Source: a virus | Lineage: Duplodnaviria; Caudoviricetes | IMG/VR virus record: IMGVR_UViG_3300006805_000023 | Direction: 5' to 3' (one strand) | DNA length: 64,000 nucleotides | In this document: in pieces, positions 25,516-34,491 of the stretch | Position numbering within the stretch: the first letter of the stretch is position 1 | Layout: each line of letters starts with the position of its first letter | Made by a program: the position numbers and the translations under genes | Notes under the pieces: model-generated | Databases searched by the model: none | What the model was told of the DNA's origin: nothing | Seen by the model: only the letters and a program-made list of their open reading frames with translations

Positions 25516-25851
25516 ATGAGAACAGCCGATCAACTCGTCGAATCCCTTTTGAACGAAAACAGCCAAGGACTAAACCACGGCGACATCGTGCAGCTGCAGG
25601 GCTACCTGCGCCGTCCCGGCTACTGGAAGGTGGACTGCGAAGACGCCGTTGGTGCTTCACCGCAGCGCCCGTGGGTCGAGAATCTGGACACCAACACCGG
25701 CTTCTACATCGACCCGTCTGACCTCGACTGCGCGGTCGTGATCCTCTCAGCCGATCAGTTTGACACTCGCGCACTGGACTCCTCAGCAGATGTGGAGGAA
25801 GCCCTGGAAGATGGCAACAACTTCGACGATGACGACCTCGGCGCTGAATAA
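25516..25851 (+). CDS. acidic hypothetical protein with type-A tag
   Basis: MRTADQLVESLLNE. Confidence 0.75.
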   Translation: MRTADQLVESLLNENSQGLNHGDIVQLQGYLRRPGYWKVDCEDAVGASPQRPWVENLDTNTGFYIDPSDLDCAVVILSADQFDTRALDSSADVEEALEDGNNFDDDDLGAE

Positions 25852-25854
25852 CCG

Positions 25855-26169
25855 ATGAAGCCCGGACCACTCAACACCCTCAAGCAGGCCATCGGCGACG
25901 CTTGGGCCTTTGCGCAGAGCCGCGACCGCGCCAGCAAGGACCGGACCGACGACAGGGCTTACATCGAGTACCGCAGCCTCTACCAGAGGAAGCTCAAGTT
26001 CGTCAAAAGCCGGGTTGAGCTCAATGGCCTGGATCAAGTCAAGGCAGCTCTTGGACCGGAATACGCGGCACGCCTTGATGCTCTTTTGCTGGCTGGACAA
26101 TATGGCACGCCGAATCTGGAGCCTAAGACTCCAGATCAGGTGGTCGAGTCCCTGCTCAGCCAGGGCTAA
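25855..26169 (+). CDS. hypothetical protein with C-terminal type-A tag
   Basis: ends NLEPKTPDQVVESLLSQG. Confidence 0.7.
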   Translation: MKPGPLNTLKQAIGDAWAFAQSRDRASKDRTDDRAYIEYRSLYQRKLKFVKSRVELNGLDQVKAALGPEYAARLDALLLAGQYGTPNLEPKTPDQVVESLLSQG

Positions 26170-26429
26170 AGGTGGTCGCGCTCCAGGACCTCGTAGTAAT
26201 CGAGGCGCTCGTCAATGTGCTGGCTCGCAATATTACGGGCCACAGCCGGGTCGGTCGTGTGTTCCTGCTCCACCTTCTGGCCCTTAGCCAGCTCGACCTC
26301 AATCTTCGCGACCGAGACCTTGTGCTTGGTGGCAAGCTGCCGAGCGGTGAACCCAGGCTTGAGGTGGCAGGCCTCGTCCGATTCACGGAGCTTGAGGACT
26401 CTTCGAAGCAAGGGAGTGACGGCGGTCAT
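26166..26429 (-). CDS. DUF5661-like phage protein with type-B tag
   Basis: ELAKGQKVEQEHT...ARNIASQHIDERLDYY; MTAVTPLLRRVLKLRE. Confidence 0.7.
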   Translation of the reverse strand: MTAVTPLLRRVLKLRESDEACHLKPGFTARQLATKHKVSVAKIEVELAKGQKVEQEHTTDPAVARNIASQHIDERLDYYEVLERDHL

Positions 26430-26432
26430 CCA

Positions 26433-26441
26433 AATACCTAG
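26433..26441 (-). promoter_or_regulatory. putative late promoter
   Basis: CTAGGTATT, 3 nt before ATG 26429. Confidence 0.7.
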
Positions 26442-26812
26442 GGGTCTGGAAACGTGAACCGCACCTCGATGTCGGGGTTTCCTTCTTGACGCGCTCGCAC
26501 CAGACGGTGGTTACCGTCGATCAGCTCGTACGAGCCACTACGCCAGAGCGCGATTTCAACAGGAGGTAGCGCCCGTGTCCTTCCCAAGTCCTTGAGACGA
26601 TCCTTGGAGATCGCGGTAGCTTTGACCCCCGAAAGCTCAGAAAGTGGCACCCTAACCGGCACCGTCCAGTAATCACCAACACGGTAGCGCTGCGTCGCCG
26701 GTACCGAGTGCTTCGGCGATGGTGAGTCGTCGTCTCTTGGCGTTGCCGAGTACTTGGCGAACAAGCTGGTAGCCTGCGCGGCCTCAGCCAGGGACTTGGT
26801 AACGCTGATCAT
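26438..26812 (-). CDS. ParB/Sulfiredoxin-like domain protein with type-B tag
   Basis: LPPVEI...YELIDGNHRL; MISVTKSLAE. Confidence 0.8.
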   Translation of the reverse strand: MISVTKSLAEAAQATSLFAKYSATPRDDDSPSPKHSVPATQRYRVGDYWTVPVRVPLSELSGVKATAISKDRLKDLGRTRALPPVEIALWRSGSYELIDGNHRLVRARQEGNPDIEVRFTFPDP

Positions 26813-27510
26813 CTTCCGCCTTCACCCTTTAGGGTGCCGCGCAGTTTCATGAGAGCGTCCTGCGGGCTGCTCCCGAAAGCGGTGGCAAGGCTGAGGGTGC
26901 CTTCAAACACCTCGATTTCGCATGGACCGGAAAATCCGGTCTTGAGCGCCTCTGCGGTAGCGCGGCTGGCAGCCATCTTGAGCTTGCTTTCGTCTGGCTG
27001 AGAACCGGTCGAGATCTGCTTCCCGGTGCGATCCTTCAGGACTGCCACAGCGTAACCAGCCGTCGGCCCGATCACCTTCTTGGTCTTCTTGGCGTCGCGC
27101 TCTGCGTCCCAGCGAGCCTTGTTGACGGCCTGCTTGGCGTCATAAGCGACCTGATCCACGAACTTCTTGGGCTTCTTCTTGTAAGTGACCCTGGACTGGC
27201 CGTACTTCATCGGGACCGGCTCGGTGTCGTCGTTGTAATATTCACCAAAGAACTGCTCAGCGTCCTCCTTCATCATCCGGATGAGGTCCGGGTTTTGCTC
27301 GACGTCACGGTGGTTGACGAACTCCACCTCACCTGCGTACTGGTCGAACGACGGGCTTTTACCGATCTCGTGGATGAACTGGGAGCTGGTGAGGTACCGG
27401 TCGAACAGCTCACGCGGGGTGTCCTGAGCGACCTGGAACCCAGGGAAATAAGTCTGTTGCGGCCCTGCCTCGCTGAGAGCTGCCCTGAGTGTTTTGGTGA
27501 TCGGTGTCAT
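26809..27510 (-). CDS. hypothetical protein with type-B tag
   Basis: start moved to 27510, MTPITKTLRAALSE. Confidence 0.7.
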   Translation of the reverse strand: MTPITKTLRAALSEAGPQQTYFPGFQVAQDTPRELFDRYLTSSQFIHEIGKSPSFDQYAGEVEFVNHRDVEQNPDLIRMMKEDAEQFFGEYYNDDTEPVPMKYGQSRVTYKKKPKKFVDQVAYDAKQAVNKARWDAERDAKKTKKVIGPTAGYAVAVLKDRTGKQISTGSQPDESKLKMAASRATAEALKTGFSGPCEIEVFEGTLSLATAFGSSPQDALMKLRGTLKGEGGR

Positions 27511-27518
27511 ATGCTGGC

Positions 27519-27527
27519 TATAACTAG
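27519..27527 (-). promoter_or_regulatory. putative late promoter
   Basis: CTAGTTATA, 8 nt before ATG 27510. Confidence 0.6.
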
Positions 27528-27763
27528 AGCTTAGTCCCACAAAACGGGCAGAACTCCATCCACACCCCGGCGGGGTCGGTGCGCTTCCTGCGCTTGCCGT
27601 CGAGCTTGGTGACCGGTAGCAACCAGCCGTGCGTGAGCGACTTCCCGGTCATCCGCAGAGCCTGGAGTCGGTCGTCGATCTTGAGGCCGTCGGGCTTAAG
27701 CTTGGCGTTGGTGTCAGCCAGGCAGGTGCACGGCTTAGGGGCTTCGGGTGTGTTGGTGTTCAT
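27524..27763 (-). CDS. small Cys-rich hypothetical protein
   Basis: CTC ... CPFCG; start 27763. Confidence 0.7.
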   Translation of the reverse strand: MNTNTPEAPKPCTCLADTNAKLKPDGLKIDDRLQALRMTGKSLTHGWLLPVTKLDGKRRKRTDPAGVWMEFCPFCGTKL

Positions 27764-28377
27764 GAGTTGAGAAGAACGCCGCGCCAATCGTCGTTGACAA
27801 GGTTATCAAAATCGGGACCTGCCATGATGTCCTCAGCGATGTAACGGGTGAACTCGTACTGGACCTGTTGGTTGAGAATGCGCTCGATCGCTCCACGGAT
27901 CACCAGCGGAGCAATTTGCTTGGGTGCGCAGGCGCGTGCTACTAGTGCATGACGCATGGCGGTCTCGTAGTCCTTTGCGAACAACCCGTCACGGGCCAGC
28001 TTCAGGTGCTTCGTGTAAAGATCCTCGAACGCCTTGAGCACTTCTTCTCTTGGCTTGTAGGCGATCTTGCCGTCGGGGTCAACCCACAGACAGTATCCGG
28101 GTTGCGCCGGGATAGGCTCAGGAAGCCGTGTGACCTGTTGCCGGGACTCAAACTCCTCGAACTCCTCCCAGTTGCCCTGGTGGTAGTCGAGGACCTGATC
28201 GGACTGAAGACTGTAGGGAGGAAAATAGACGTAGGACGGGCTCTCACGCCGTTGGAACACCGAGGCGAGCTTGCGTGGCAGCGTCGGTACCTCGATAGTG
28301 CTGGAGAAGCCAATAACGTTCAGCCCAGTGAGGCCGACGGCGGTCTTGTTCATCTTGCGGATTAAGTCGGTGATCAC
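27760..28377 (-). CDS. hypothetical protein, possible TPR-like helices
   Basis: GTG 28377 overlaps upstream TGA; helical C-terminus. Confidence 0.6.
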   Translation of the reverse strand: MITDLIRKMNKTAVGLTGLNVIGFSSTIEVPTLPRKLASVFQRRESPSYVYFPPYSLQSDQVLDYHQGNWEEFEEFESRQQVTRLPEPIPAQPGYCLWVDPDGKIAYKPREEVLKAFEDLYTKHLKLARDGLFAKDYETAMRHALVARACAPKQIAPLVIRGAIERILNQQVQYEFTRYIAEDIMAGPDFDNLVNDDWRGVLLNS

Positions 28378-29420
28378 TGGGCGTCTCCTCCCTTCAGGAA
28401 GCAGCACGACGTGCACCGGTTAATGACACTCACGTGACTATCGGCAAAAATGGCCTGCTGGCAGGCGTCCAAGAGAGCACGGGAAGCTGGCTTCAGATCG
28501 TCAGCTGTGTAGTCGGGGGCTCCTAAGTGAACCTGCACACGGGCAAGCTCGACGTCGTTCAGGCAGAACATGACGAGCTTGCCGGATTTGGCGTCATCCC
28601 AGGTCCGGTGAAAATCTTTGACGCTGCCTGGAGCCTTGAACCTGTTGGAGTAACCTTGGGCCTCCCAATGCAGGCGATCGCGCATTGTGTCGGCGGCCTC
28701 AGAGCCGCCTGTGATCTCCGACATCGGGCAGGCCTTGACCTTTGGTTTATCCTTGATCCAGAGGCACTCACTCGTTGAGCCTATAGTAGTCGCGTAGTCC
28801 CAGACAAACACCACACGGCTGGCCTGTTCCACGGTGTGCTGTGCGTACGGGGCGAACATGTGGGGAGCTGCGGTGCGCAAGCTGAGAGCCCGGTGCCTGA
28901 ACTGCGGCATGATATCATCGCGGCTGATCAGGATGACGTCATCACGGGTGAGCGCGTCGTTCACCACGTCATAATCGACCTGCTCACGGTCGCAGGTCAG
29001 ATAGCGGAGGCGTGCTTGCAGGACCTTAATCGCCAGTTCGTTGTCAGGAATCTCGTGGAGGCTGACAAACTTACCGGCCATGCTTTTCCGCTCCCGTGGC
29101 GGAGTGTCCACGACCACTTCGTCGAACGGTTTCAGGGACTTGTCGTAGTTGAAGGGGCTCTTTGTTTCTCCCACGACAGGGTCGGTCACCAGCGGAATGT
29201 AGTGCTCAAGTTCCGGGTCGAGGTGGGAGTCAGCCCCCGTGTAACCCCTGTTGAGCCGTTCCAGGATGTCACGGGCCGAGCTGTTGGGGGCAAACGGGAC
29301 GTCCTGAAAGTCCATGACCTCTCTGGTCTGTGGGTCGGTGAGAGTGAACGAGAACATTGCGAGCTTACCTGAGTAGAAGCAGGCCCCCTTGGAGAAGTTG
29401 GTGAGTTTGAATCCGGTCAT
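28374..29420 (-). CDS. hypothetical protein
   Basis: 348 aa uninterrupted. Confidence 0.7.
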   Translation of the reverse strand: MTGFKLTNFSKGACFYSGKLAMFSFTLTDPQTREVMDFQDVPFAPNSSARDILERLNRGYTGADSHLDPELEHYIPLVTDPVVGETKSPFNYDKSLKPFDEVVVDTPPRERKSMAGKFVSLHEIPDNELAIKVLQARLRYLTCDREQVDYDVVNDALTRDDVILISRDDIMPQFRHRALSLRTAAPHMFAPYAQHTVEQASRVVFVWDYATTIGSTSECLWIKDKPKVKACPMSEITGGSEAADTMRDRLHWEAQGYSNRFKAPGSVKDFHRTWDDAKSGKLVMFCLNDVELARVQVHLGAPDYTADDLKPASRALLDACQQAIFADSHVSVINRCTSCCFLKGGDAQ

Positions 29421-29424
29421 GGTC

Positions 29425-30021
29425 TTAGTCCTCTGGTTCGGTGGCGGGTTGGATGAGTCTGGCTTCTTCGACGTCCTTCTGGCGGATCACGCCGTATTCG
29501 CTGGTCGTCTTGAAGAGAAAGTCCAGGCTGGGCTTGTGCAGGCTGCAGGTGCCGACCTTGAACTGGATGCGCTCAGGAGCCCTGCGCAGGTCGAGGTGGG
29601 ACGTCCCGTTGAACCACTCGGCGACCTGCCTGCCGTCGGCCTCACTGTTCACGTAGGCCGCGATGTTGTGCAGGTAGTCGTTGACGGCCTGAGGGCTGCG
29701 CTGTCTGGCGTTGCAGACGAAGCAGTAGAGGTTGGCGTCAAGGCCGATCCCACGTGGCGCAAACCGGAGGTGGGGGCCGCGCTTCTCGTCGATACACTTG
29801 ATCTCGAACCTGGAGGCCTCCTGCATGATGTTGTAAAGGGTCGAGATCCCGCAGGTAAGCAGGCCACGGACGTTGTCGAGCTGCTCCTTGAAGACGCCAT
29901 GCTCGAAGATGGCCTCCTGGAGGAAGCGGCGGGAATCCGACAGCTGGGTGCGTGCCAGCTCGATGAGCTTGGACAGCGCGAGGCCATCGGGGTTGAGTTC
30001 GTTGGGGCGGTTCGATTTCAT
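29425..30021 (-). CDS. hypothetical protein with Cys/His motifs
   Basis: CFVC, CSLH; 198 aa. Confidence 0.7.
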   Translation of the reverse strand: MKSNRPNELNPDGLALSKLIELARTQLSDSRRFLQEAIFEHGVFKEQLDNVRGLLTCGISTLYNIMQEASRFEIKCIDEKRGPHLRFAPRGIGLDANLYCFVCNARQRSPQAVNDYLHNIAAYVNSEADGRQVAEWFNGTSHLDLRRAPERIQFKVGTCSLHKPSLDFLFKTTSEYGVIRQKDVEEARLIQPATEPED

Positions 30022-30332
30022 GGGTGGGTGAGCTTGTAGCGGAGGAAGAGAAAGGCGCAGGGGACGCCCACGACCAGCAGGAGGCCAAGGAGGCCGAGCA
30101 GCAGGACCTTAAGAGAGAGCCCTGGTTTGGGAGCTGGAACCAACGACCCTGATCCGAAGCCACCGGCGGGGCGGAGATCCTCGATCGGTGGGAGCGTCAC
30201 GTAAGCCAGCTCCCAGATGATCCGCGCCTTCTCCTCTGGATCAGTGGCGTATCTCATTCTGTTGTAGGCACAAGCCACTTCGTCTTCGTAGTGGCGGATC
30301 TGGCTGATGCGGGTCGAGGGGATCTTGCTCAT
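30018..30332 (-). CDS. hypothetical protein with C-terminal TM helix
   Basis: VLLLGLLGLLLVVGVPCAFLFL. Confidence 0.7.
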   Translation of the reverse strand: MSKIPSTRISQIRHYEDEVACAYNRMRYATDPEEKARIIWELAYVTLPPIEDLRPAGGFGSGSLVPAPKPGLSLKVLLLGLLGLLLVVGVPCAFLFLRYKLTHP

Positions 30333-30619
30333 GCGAGGACGGTGGTGAGGGTTGCAGCGAAGAGTTTGCGGGAGGCGTCCATCAGGTCGTAGTCAACGTC
30401 GCCTTGGATGTCACCCACATTATCGCTCACGATGATCATCCCCGCAAACTCCCCATTCAGGATCGTGGAGCGGTAGCAGTAGAGGTCACACTCAGGCGTA
30501 GGGCCGTCATAGACGACCGAGAACTCGACTTCACGCATTTCGAACGGCTTGTTGGAGCCGGTGTCTGCGATGATCTGGTGGGCGTAACGGGTTTTGCGGT
30601 TGCCGAGGTTTTTGGTCAT
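30329..30619 (-). CDS. hypothetical protein
   Basis: start moved to 30619. Confidence 0.7.
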   Translation of the reverse strand: MTKNLGNRKTRYAHQIIADTGSNKPFEMREVEFSVVYDGPTPECDLYCYRSTILNGEFAGMIIVSDNVGDIQGDVDYDLMDASRKLFAATLTTVLA

Positions 30620-30624
30620 GCGGG

Positions 30625-30653
30625 AACATAACACAGACCTTAGCGCCTGTCAA
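30625..30653 (-). promoter_or_regulatory. sigma70-type promoter, leaderless
   Basis: TTGACA-N17-TATGTT, ATG 30619 after 5 nt. Confidence 0.9.
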
Positions 30654-30656
30654 GTC

Positions 30657-30941
30657 CTACTGGGAGACCTGCGCTTGCAACTCATCACCGACCCGGCTGA
30701 TGATGTACTTCTTGCCACATTCCAGGGCAACGTCATCACCAAAGTAGGCACCGAGAGTGTCTTCGATCCGCTGAACAGCCTCGTCGTGGATGTTCGAGAC
30801 AGCCCCATCAGAGCCGTAAGCCTCTTTGGACTCCCCGTCGATCACGGCCAGACCTGAATAGACACCCCGCCTGCACCTCAGCTGGGACAGGTCGAGCGTA
30901 AGGGTCTGCGGAGATTCGGTGAGGATGTGAATGAGGCTCAT
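30657..30941 (-). CDS. hypothetical protein with short tag-like N-terminus
   Basis: MSLIHILTES; late motif upstream. Confidence 0.7.
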   Translation of the reverse strand: MSLIHILTESPQTLTLDLSQLRCRRGVYSGLAVIDGESKEAYGSDGAVSNIHDEAVQRIEDTLGAYFGDDVALECGKKYIISRVGDELQAQVSQ

Positions 30942-30949
30942 ATTGGTAA

Positions 30950-30958
30950 GATAACTAG
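30950..30958 (-). promoter_or_regulatory. putative late promoter
   Basis: CTAGTTATC, 8 nt before ATG 30941. Confidence 0.7.
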
Positions 30959-31707
30959 GCCTTGGCTTCCATTTCTGCTACCCAGGCGGCGAGCCCTGGC
31001 TGCTTGAGCTTCTCTTGACTGATCTCACGCACCGTGACGCTCTCGTGGACCTGGCTGGCAACCGCCGAGTACTGACCGGCTTGGACTGTGACGAACACCA
31101 CGCAGTCACGCAGTCTGGCGAGGTGTTCACGGCTTTCGAGCTTGATGCACTTGCGCTCGGGGAGCAGCTTGCGCAGCTGTGAGAACTCGTCTCCTGAGCA
31201 GACCACGTAAGCAGTCTTCGGAGGCCCGTAGGCCGACACGCTCATTATGACGCCCAGAGCATCACCCTCTTTTCGGTGAGCTGCCAAGCTGTCTTCGTGG
31301 TCCTTGATGATCCTGGGATCGGTGGAGAGGCGCTTGAAGGATCTGGAGATGCGACCGAGCCAGACCGTGCCTATGCCGCTCACCGTCACATGAGTCGCGA
31401 CCTCGCGGTCACAATGCTGGACGCGGACCCGCTTGGTCATCTTCCTGACCGCGCAATCGGATAGAATCGCCCTGGCTTCGAGGGCGCTCTTGGTGAGATG
31501 ATCTCGGTATTTCCGGTCGATCTTGCCGGTGTATTTGGTGATCAGGTCGGCGTCCGGGAGGGCGCGAAGCCAACCGTAACAGTAGCCGGAGATCGCCTTG
31601 CCGTCGGGATCGGCCACACTGACCTCCTCCAGCAACGCCGGGGCTTTGGGCTGCTTCTTTCTGGTTTCGAGCAGGTAGAGACGGAATTCGGCGAGGTCTT
31701 GGAACAT
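30955..31707 (-). CDS. paralog family member 3 (with C-terminal extension)
   Basis: MFQDLAEF..YCYGW..RVRVQHCDREVATH. Confidence 0.75.
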   Translation of the reverse strand: MFQDLAEFRLYLLETRKKQPKAPALLEEVSVADPDGKAISGYCYGWLRALPDADLITKYTGKIDRKYRDHLTKSALEARAILSDCAVRKMTKRVRVQHCDREVATHVTVSGIGTVWLGRISRSFKRLSTDPRIIKDHEDSLAAHRKEGDALGVIMSVSAYGPPKTAYVVCSGDEFSQLRKLLPERKCIKLESREHLARLRDCVVFVTVQAGQYSAVASQVHESVTVREISQEKLKQPGLAAWVAEMEAKA

Positions 31708-31711
31708 AAGG

Positions 31712-32161
31712 CTAGCGGGCTCGTGCGGTTACTTGATCGAGGTGGGCGTCTCTGAGGAAACGGGCGTGCTGGGCTTCGTCCTGCTCGATCCGGTCGGGGC
31801 TGACGCCGTTTTTGGTCTTGCCGGAGCCGGTGACCCGCCCCAGCCAGACGATGCCTGACCCCATCAGCTCGATGTGGGTGGCCTCCCAGCGAGTGCAGGG
31901 CTGGACGCGCACTTGGCTCTGACCCAAACGTCGGGCGCAGTCGGTCTTGACAAGGTTGGCGATGGCTCCAGGCCGGTTTTCGTAACGGGCGAGCAGTTCA
32001 TAGTCAGGGATGACCCTGAGCCAACCACGGCAGCAGGTCTGGACGTCGGGGCGTCCGTCATACATCTTGACGGTGATTTCCTCCCACATCGCCGGAGCCG
32101 TGGGGCATTGTTTGCTGGTCCAGTCCAGGTAGTCTTGGAATTCGGGCTTGGTTTGAAACAT
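31712..32161 (-). CDS. paralog family member 2
   Basis: MFQTKPEF..CCRGW..QVRVQPCTRWEATH. Confidence 0.75.
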   Translation of the reverse strand: MFQTKPEFQDYLDWTSKQCPTAPAMWEEITVKMYDGRPDVQTCCRGWLRVIPDYELLARYENRPGAIANLVKTDCARRLGQSQVRVQPCTRWEATHIELMGSGIVWLGRVTGSGKTKNGVSPDRIEQDEAQHARFLRDAHLDQVTARAR

Positions 32162-32184
32162 GGCGAGTTAGGCGGCGAGTGTGG

Positions 32185-32631
32185 TTAAGAGGCGTAAGCG
32201 AGGCAACGGTCGAGGTGGGCATCTTCAATGAAGGAGAGGGCGTTTGCAGTATCGTTCTCGATCCGGTCGAGGCTGACGCTGGCAATCGTATGCTTGCGGG
32301 TGATCCGGGTCAAGGGGACGATTCCACCGCCGTTGAGCTCAATGTGGGTGGCTTCCTCGCGGGTGCAGAACTGGACGCGGACCTGACGCTTTTCGAAGCG
32401 CTCGGCGTAGGTTGCGATGATGCCGCGTGAAAGGGCGTTGTCCCGTCCGAAGTGCTTCTCAAACAACGGGGCGTCGGACACCGCTTTGAACCAGCCACGG
32501 CAGTAGGTGGGCTCGTCGCGCTTGCTGTGCGGGTTGGCATACGTGATGCACTCCCACATCGCAGGAATCTCCGGCATGTGAGCTTTGATGCGGGCCAGAT
32601 AAGCCTGGAATTCGGTTTCGTGTTTAAACAT
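32185..32631 (-). CDS. paralog family member 1
   Basis: MFKHETEF..YCRGW..QVRVQFCTREEATH; start 32631. Confidence 0.75.
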   Translation of the reverse strand: MFKHETEFQAYLARIKAHMPEIPAMWECITYANPHSKRDEPTYCRGWFKAVSDAPLFEKHFGRDNALSRGIIATYAERFEKRQVRVQFCTREEATHIELNGGGIVPLTRITRKHTIASVSLDRIENDTANALSFIEDAHLDRCLAYAS

Positions 32632-32812
32632 GAGCGGGTTGTTGGTTGAGGCGGGATGCAGCACTGCGGATCAGCACCATGGCCAGCTCGGCGATGGCGT
32701 TTTCCTTGGTGCCAAACTCGGCGATCGCCGTGACGCGTTTGTCTTCCGGCATTGCGTTCCAGATGCGGATTGCGTGAGGGGTGGCGGCAGCGGCGATTTC
32801 GGTGGGAGTCAT
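32624..32812 (-). CDS. hypothetical protein
   Basis: 62 aa, promoter-adjacent start. Confidence 0.7.
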   Translation of the reverse strand: MTPTEIAAAATPHAIRIWNAMPEDKRVTAIAEFGTKENAIAELAMVLIRSAASRLNQQPAHV

Positions 32813-32818
32813 GTTGGG

Positions 32819-32847
32819 AACCTAACACAGGTTTTAGCGCTTGTCAA
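32819..32847 (-). promoter_or_regulatory. sigma70-type promoter, leaderless
   Basis: TTGACA-N17-TAGGTT, ATG 32812 after 6 nt. Confidence 0.9.
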
Positions 32848-32853
32848 GTCCCC

Positions 32854-33237
32854 TCAGCTTTCCCAAATCAGGACTGGCTTGGGCTCGATCTTTGCCAGTT
32901 GCTCGAAAGCAACCTCCAGGGCTGAGAGCTTGGTGAGTCGCTCAGGAGAGTACCACGTGCAGCCTTTGGCAAGGTCCTCACCGTCAACCTCCACACCGAC
33001 CTCCCCAACGTTCGTGATGTACCCGACCTTGCCACGCTTGCCTGGGTGGCGGCGGTCGCGGTCGCTGATTTTCACACGGTCATCGACCGCGAGGGGTTCA
33101 CGCTGCTTGGGTTGCGAGGAGGGGACAAGTTCATACTCGGTGAGGTAGATGGTTGTGATTTCGAGGTCGATGGTGGAAGCATAACCTTGTGCTCCCTTAT
33201 AAGATGCCACCAGAAGATCCTCCTTATAAGACGCCAC
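32854..33237 (-). CDS. hypothetical KOW/SH3-like protein (start uncertain)
   Basis: VDDRVKI...GKVGYITNVGEVGVEV. Confidence 0.55.
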   Translation of the reverse strand: MASYKEDLLVASYKGAQGYASTIDLEITTIYLTEYELVPSSQPKQREPLAVDDRVKISDRDRRHPGKRGKVGYITNVGEVGVEVDGEDLAKGCTWYSPERLTKLSALEVAFEQLAKIEPKPVLIWES

Positions 33238-33572
33238 CCTTTGATCCAGGCACCTACGCAGCTAAGACCTTTGCTTGGTGGTCTTGGCATCCGGCCAACC
33301 TGCAGCATCTGGCGAGTGGCTGGCGCAGGACTTGTTGGGAAGCTCCCACTGAAGAGCGCGCCATGGACTTGATCCCGAACCTTCAGGGGAACGAGCACTG
33401 CAAGCTGATCGCCGAGGGCTTTGGTGATCTGGTCGAGGTTTACGACCTCCCACCGCGTAACCCAGGGCAATGGCTCGAATACCGTGACACTCTGGCAGCC
33501 ACCAAGAAGGCCGCACTCGCCAGAGCCGAACTCGGAATCAAGGAACTTGACAAACGCCAAGTCCTACCATAA
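33189..33572 (+). CDS. hypothetical protein (start uncertain)
   Basis: 127 aa ending in next promoter. Confidence 0.55.
   Translation: MLPYKMPPEDPPYKTPPFDPGTYAAKTFAWWSWHPANLQHLASGWRRTCWEAPTEERAMDLIPNLQGNEHCKLIAEGFGDLVEVYDLPPRNPGQWLEYRDTLAATKKAALARAELGIKELDKRQVLP
33195..33238. repeat. 17-bp direct repeat x2 containing palindrome CTTATAAG
   Basis: CCTTATAAGATGCCACC (33195) and CCTTATAAGACGCCACC (33222). Confidence 0.85.
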
Positions 33573-33575
33573 GTT
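33547..33575 (+). promoter_or_regulatory. sigma70-type promoter, leaderless
   Basis: TTGACA-N17-TAAGTT, ATG 33581 after 5 nt. Confidence 0.85.
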
Positions 33576-33580
33576 TCCAG

Positions 33581-34468
33581 ATGAACCCGCCCACTGACCC
33601 CGCTGTTGTCCAGGAACTTATCCTGGCTTGTGCCAACCTGCTTGATTACGCCGAAATGCGAGTCGCCCACGATGGTTCGATGACGGTCGATGACATCATG
33701 TGGCGTCTGAAAAACGTCATCCCGAAGACCGGCAAAATCATGAAGGCCCACCACATCGGCTGCAACCAGACGACCCGCGAGGTAGACCTCTACCGGATTC
33801 GCGCCCTGCTGGCACGCATCGCCCCACCTGAGACGACCAAGATTGAGTTCCGGGGCAAAGCCAAGGACATTGGGGCCTGGGCTGAAATCATGCGGGAGGA
33901 GCTTGGAGTGCACCATGAGACAGTCGTTGTCACCGGCCCTGATGAAGAGACTATCACCTACAACATCGCCTTCGACCAGTGGGGGAAGGTGCACGCCAAG
34001 CACTGGAATCGCCCGTATGCTACTGGGCTGTCTGGAATCCGCTGTTGGAAAGACATCTTGTCGTTTACCTTCCCGAACGGCAACGGGGTCGGCCAATACA
34101 TCAAACCTGACTACCGGACCTGGAGTGACATCATGCAGGGAGGCCCAAAGCTGGCCGACATCCCGTGCACCATTGAGATCGTGATTTGGGATAAACCACG
34201 GTCGCTCATGTGGTGGTCGGACTTCCTGCGCGCTAAGAAGCTGACCCTTGAGATCATCGCGAAGGACGGCAAGCCCAGCTCAGTCATCAAGTGCCAGCTC
34301 ACTTATCGGAAGTGGAAGGAGATCTACGACGAGATCTGGGACAAACCCTTCCCAGAGACGGAGTACACGTGGGGCCAGTGCACCAACGGCTTCTCATTCC
34401 CGGACTTCCCACGCGGCATCCACCCAGCCGGTGGAGGCTCCATCAAGGCTCCGCTACTTGACAAGTGA
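33581..34468 (+). CDS. hypothetical protein, Trp-rich
   Basis: 295 aa. Confidence 0.75.
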   Translation: MNPPTDPAVVQELILACANLLDYAEMRVAHDGSMTVDDIMWRLKNVIPKTGKIMKAHHIGCNQTTREVDLYRIRALLARIAPPETTKIEFRGKAKDIGAWAEIMREELGVHHETVVVTGPDEETITYNIAFDQWGKVHAKHWNRPYATGLSGIRCWKDILSFTFPNGNGVGQYIKPDYRTWSDIMQGGPKLADIPCTIEIVIWDKPRSLMWWSDFLRAKKLTLEIIAKDGKPSSVIKCQLTYRKWKEIYDEIWDKPFPETEYTWGQCTNGFSFPDFPRGIHPAGGGSIKAPLLDK

Positions 34469-34486
34469 CAAGAGCTGTGCTAAGTT
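34458..34486 (+). promoter_or_regulatory. sigma70-type promoter, leaderless
   Basis: TTGACA-N17-TAAGTT, ATG 34492 after 5 nt. Confidence 0.9.
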
Positions 34487-34491
34487 CCCCA

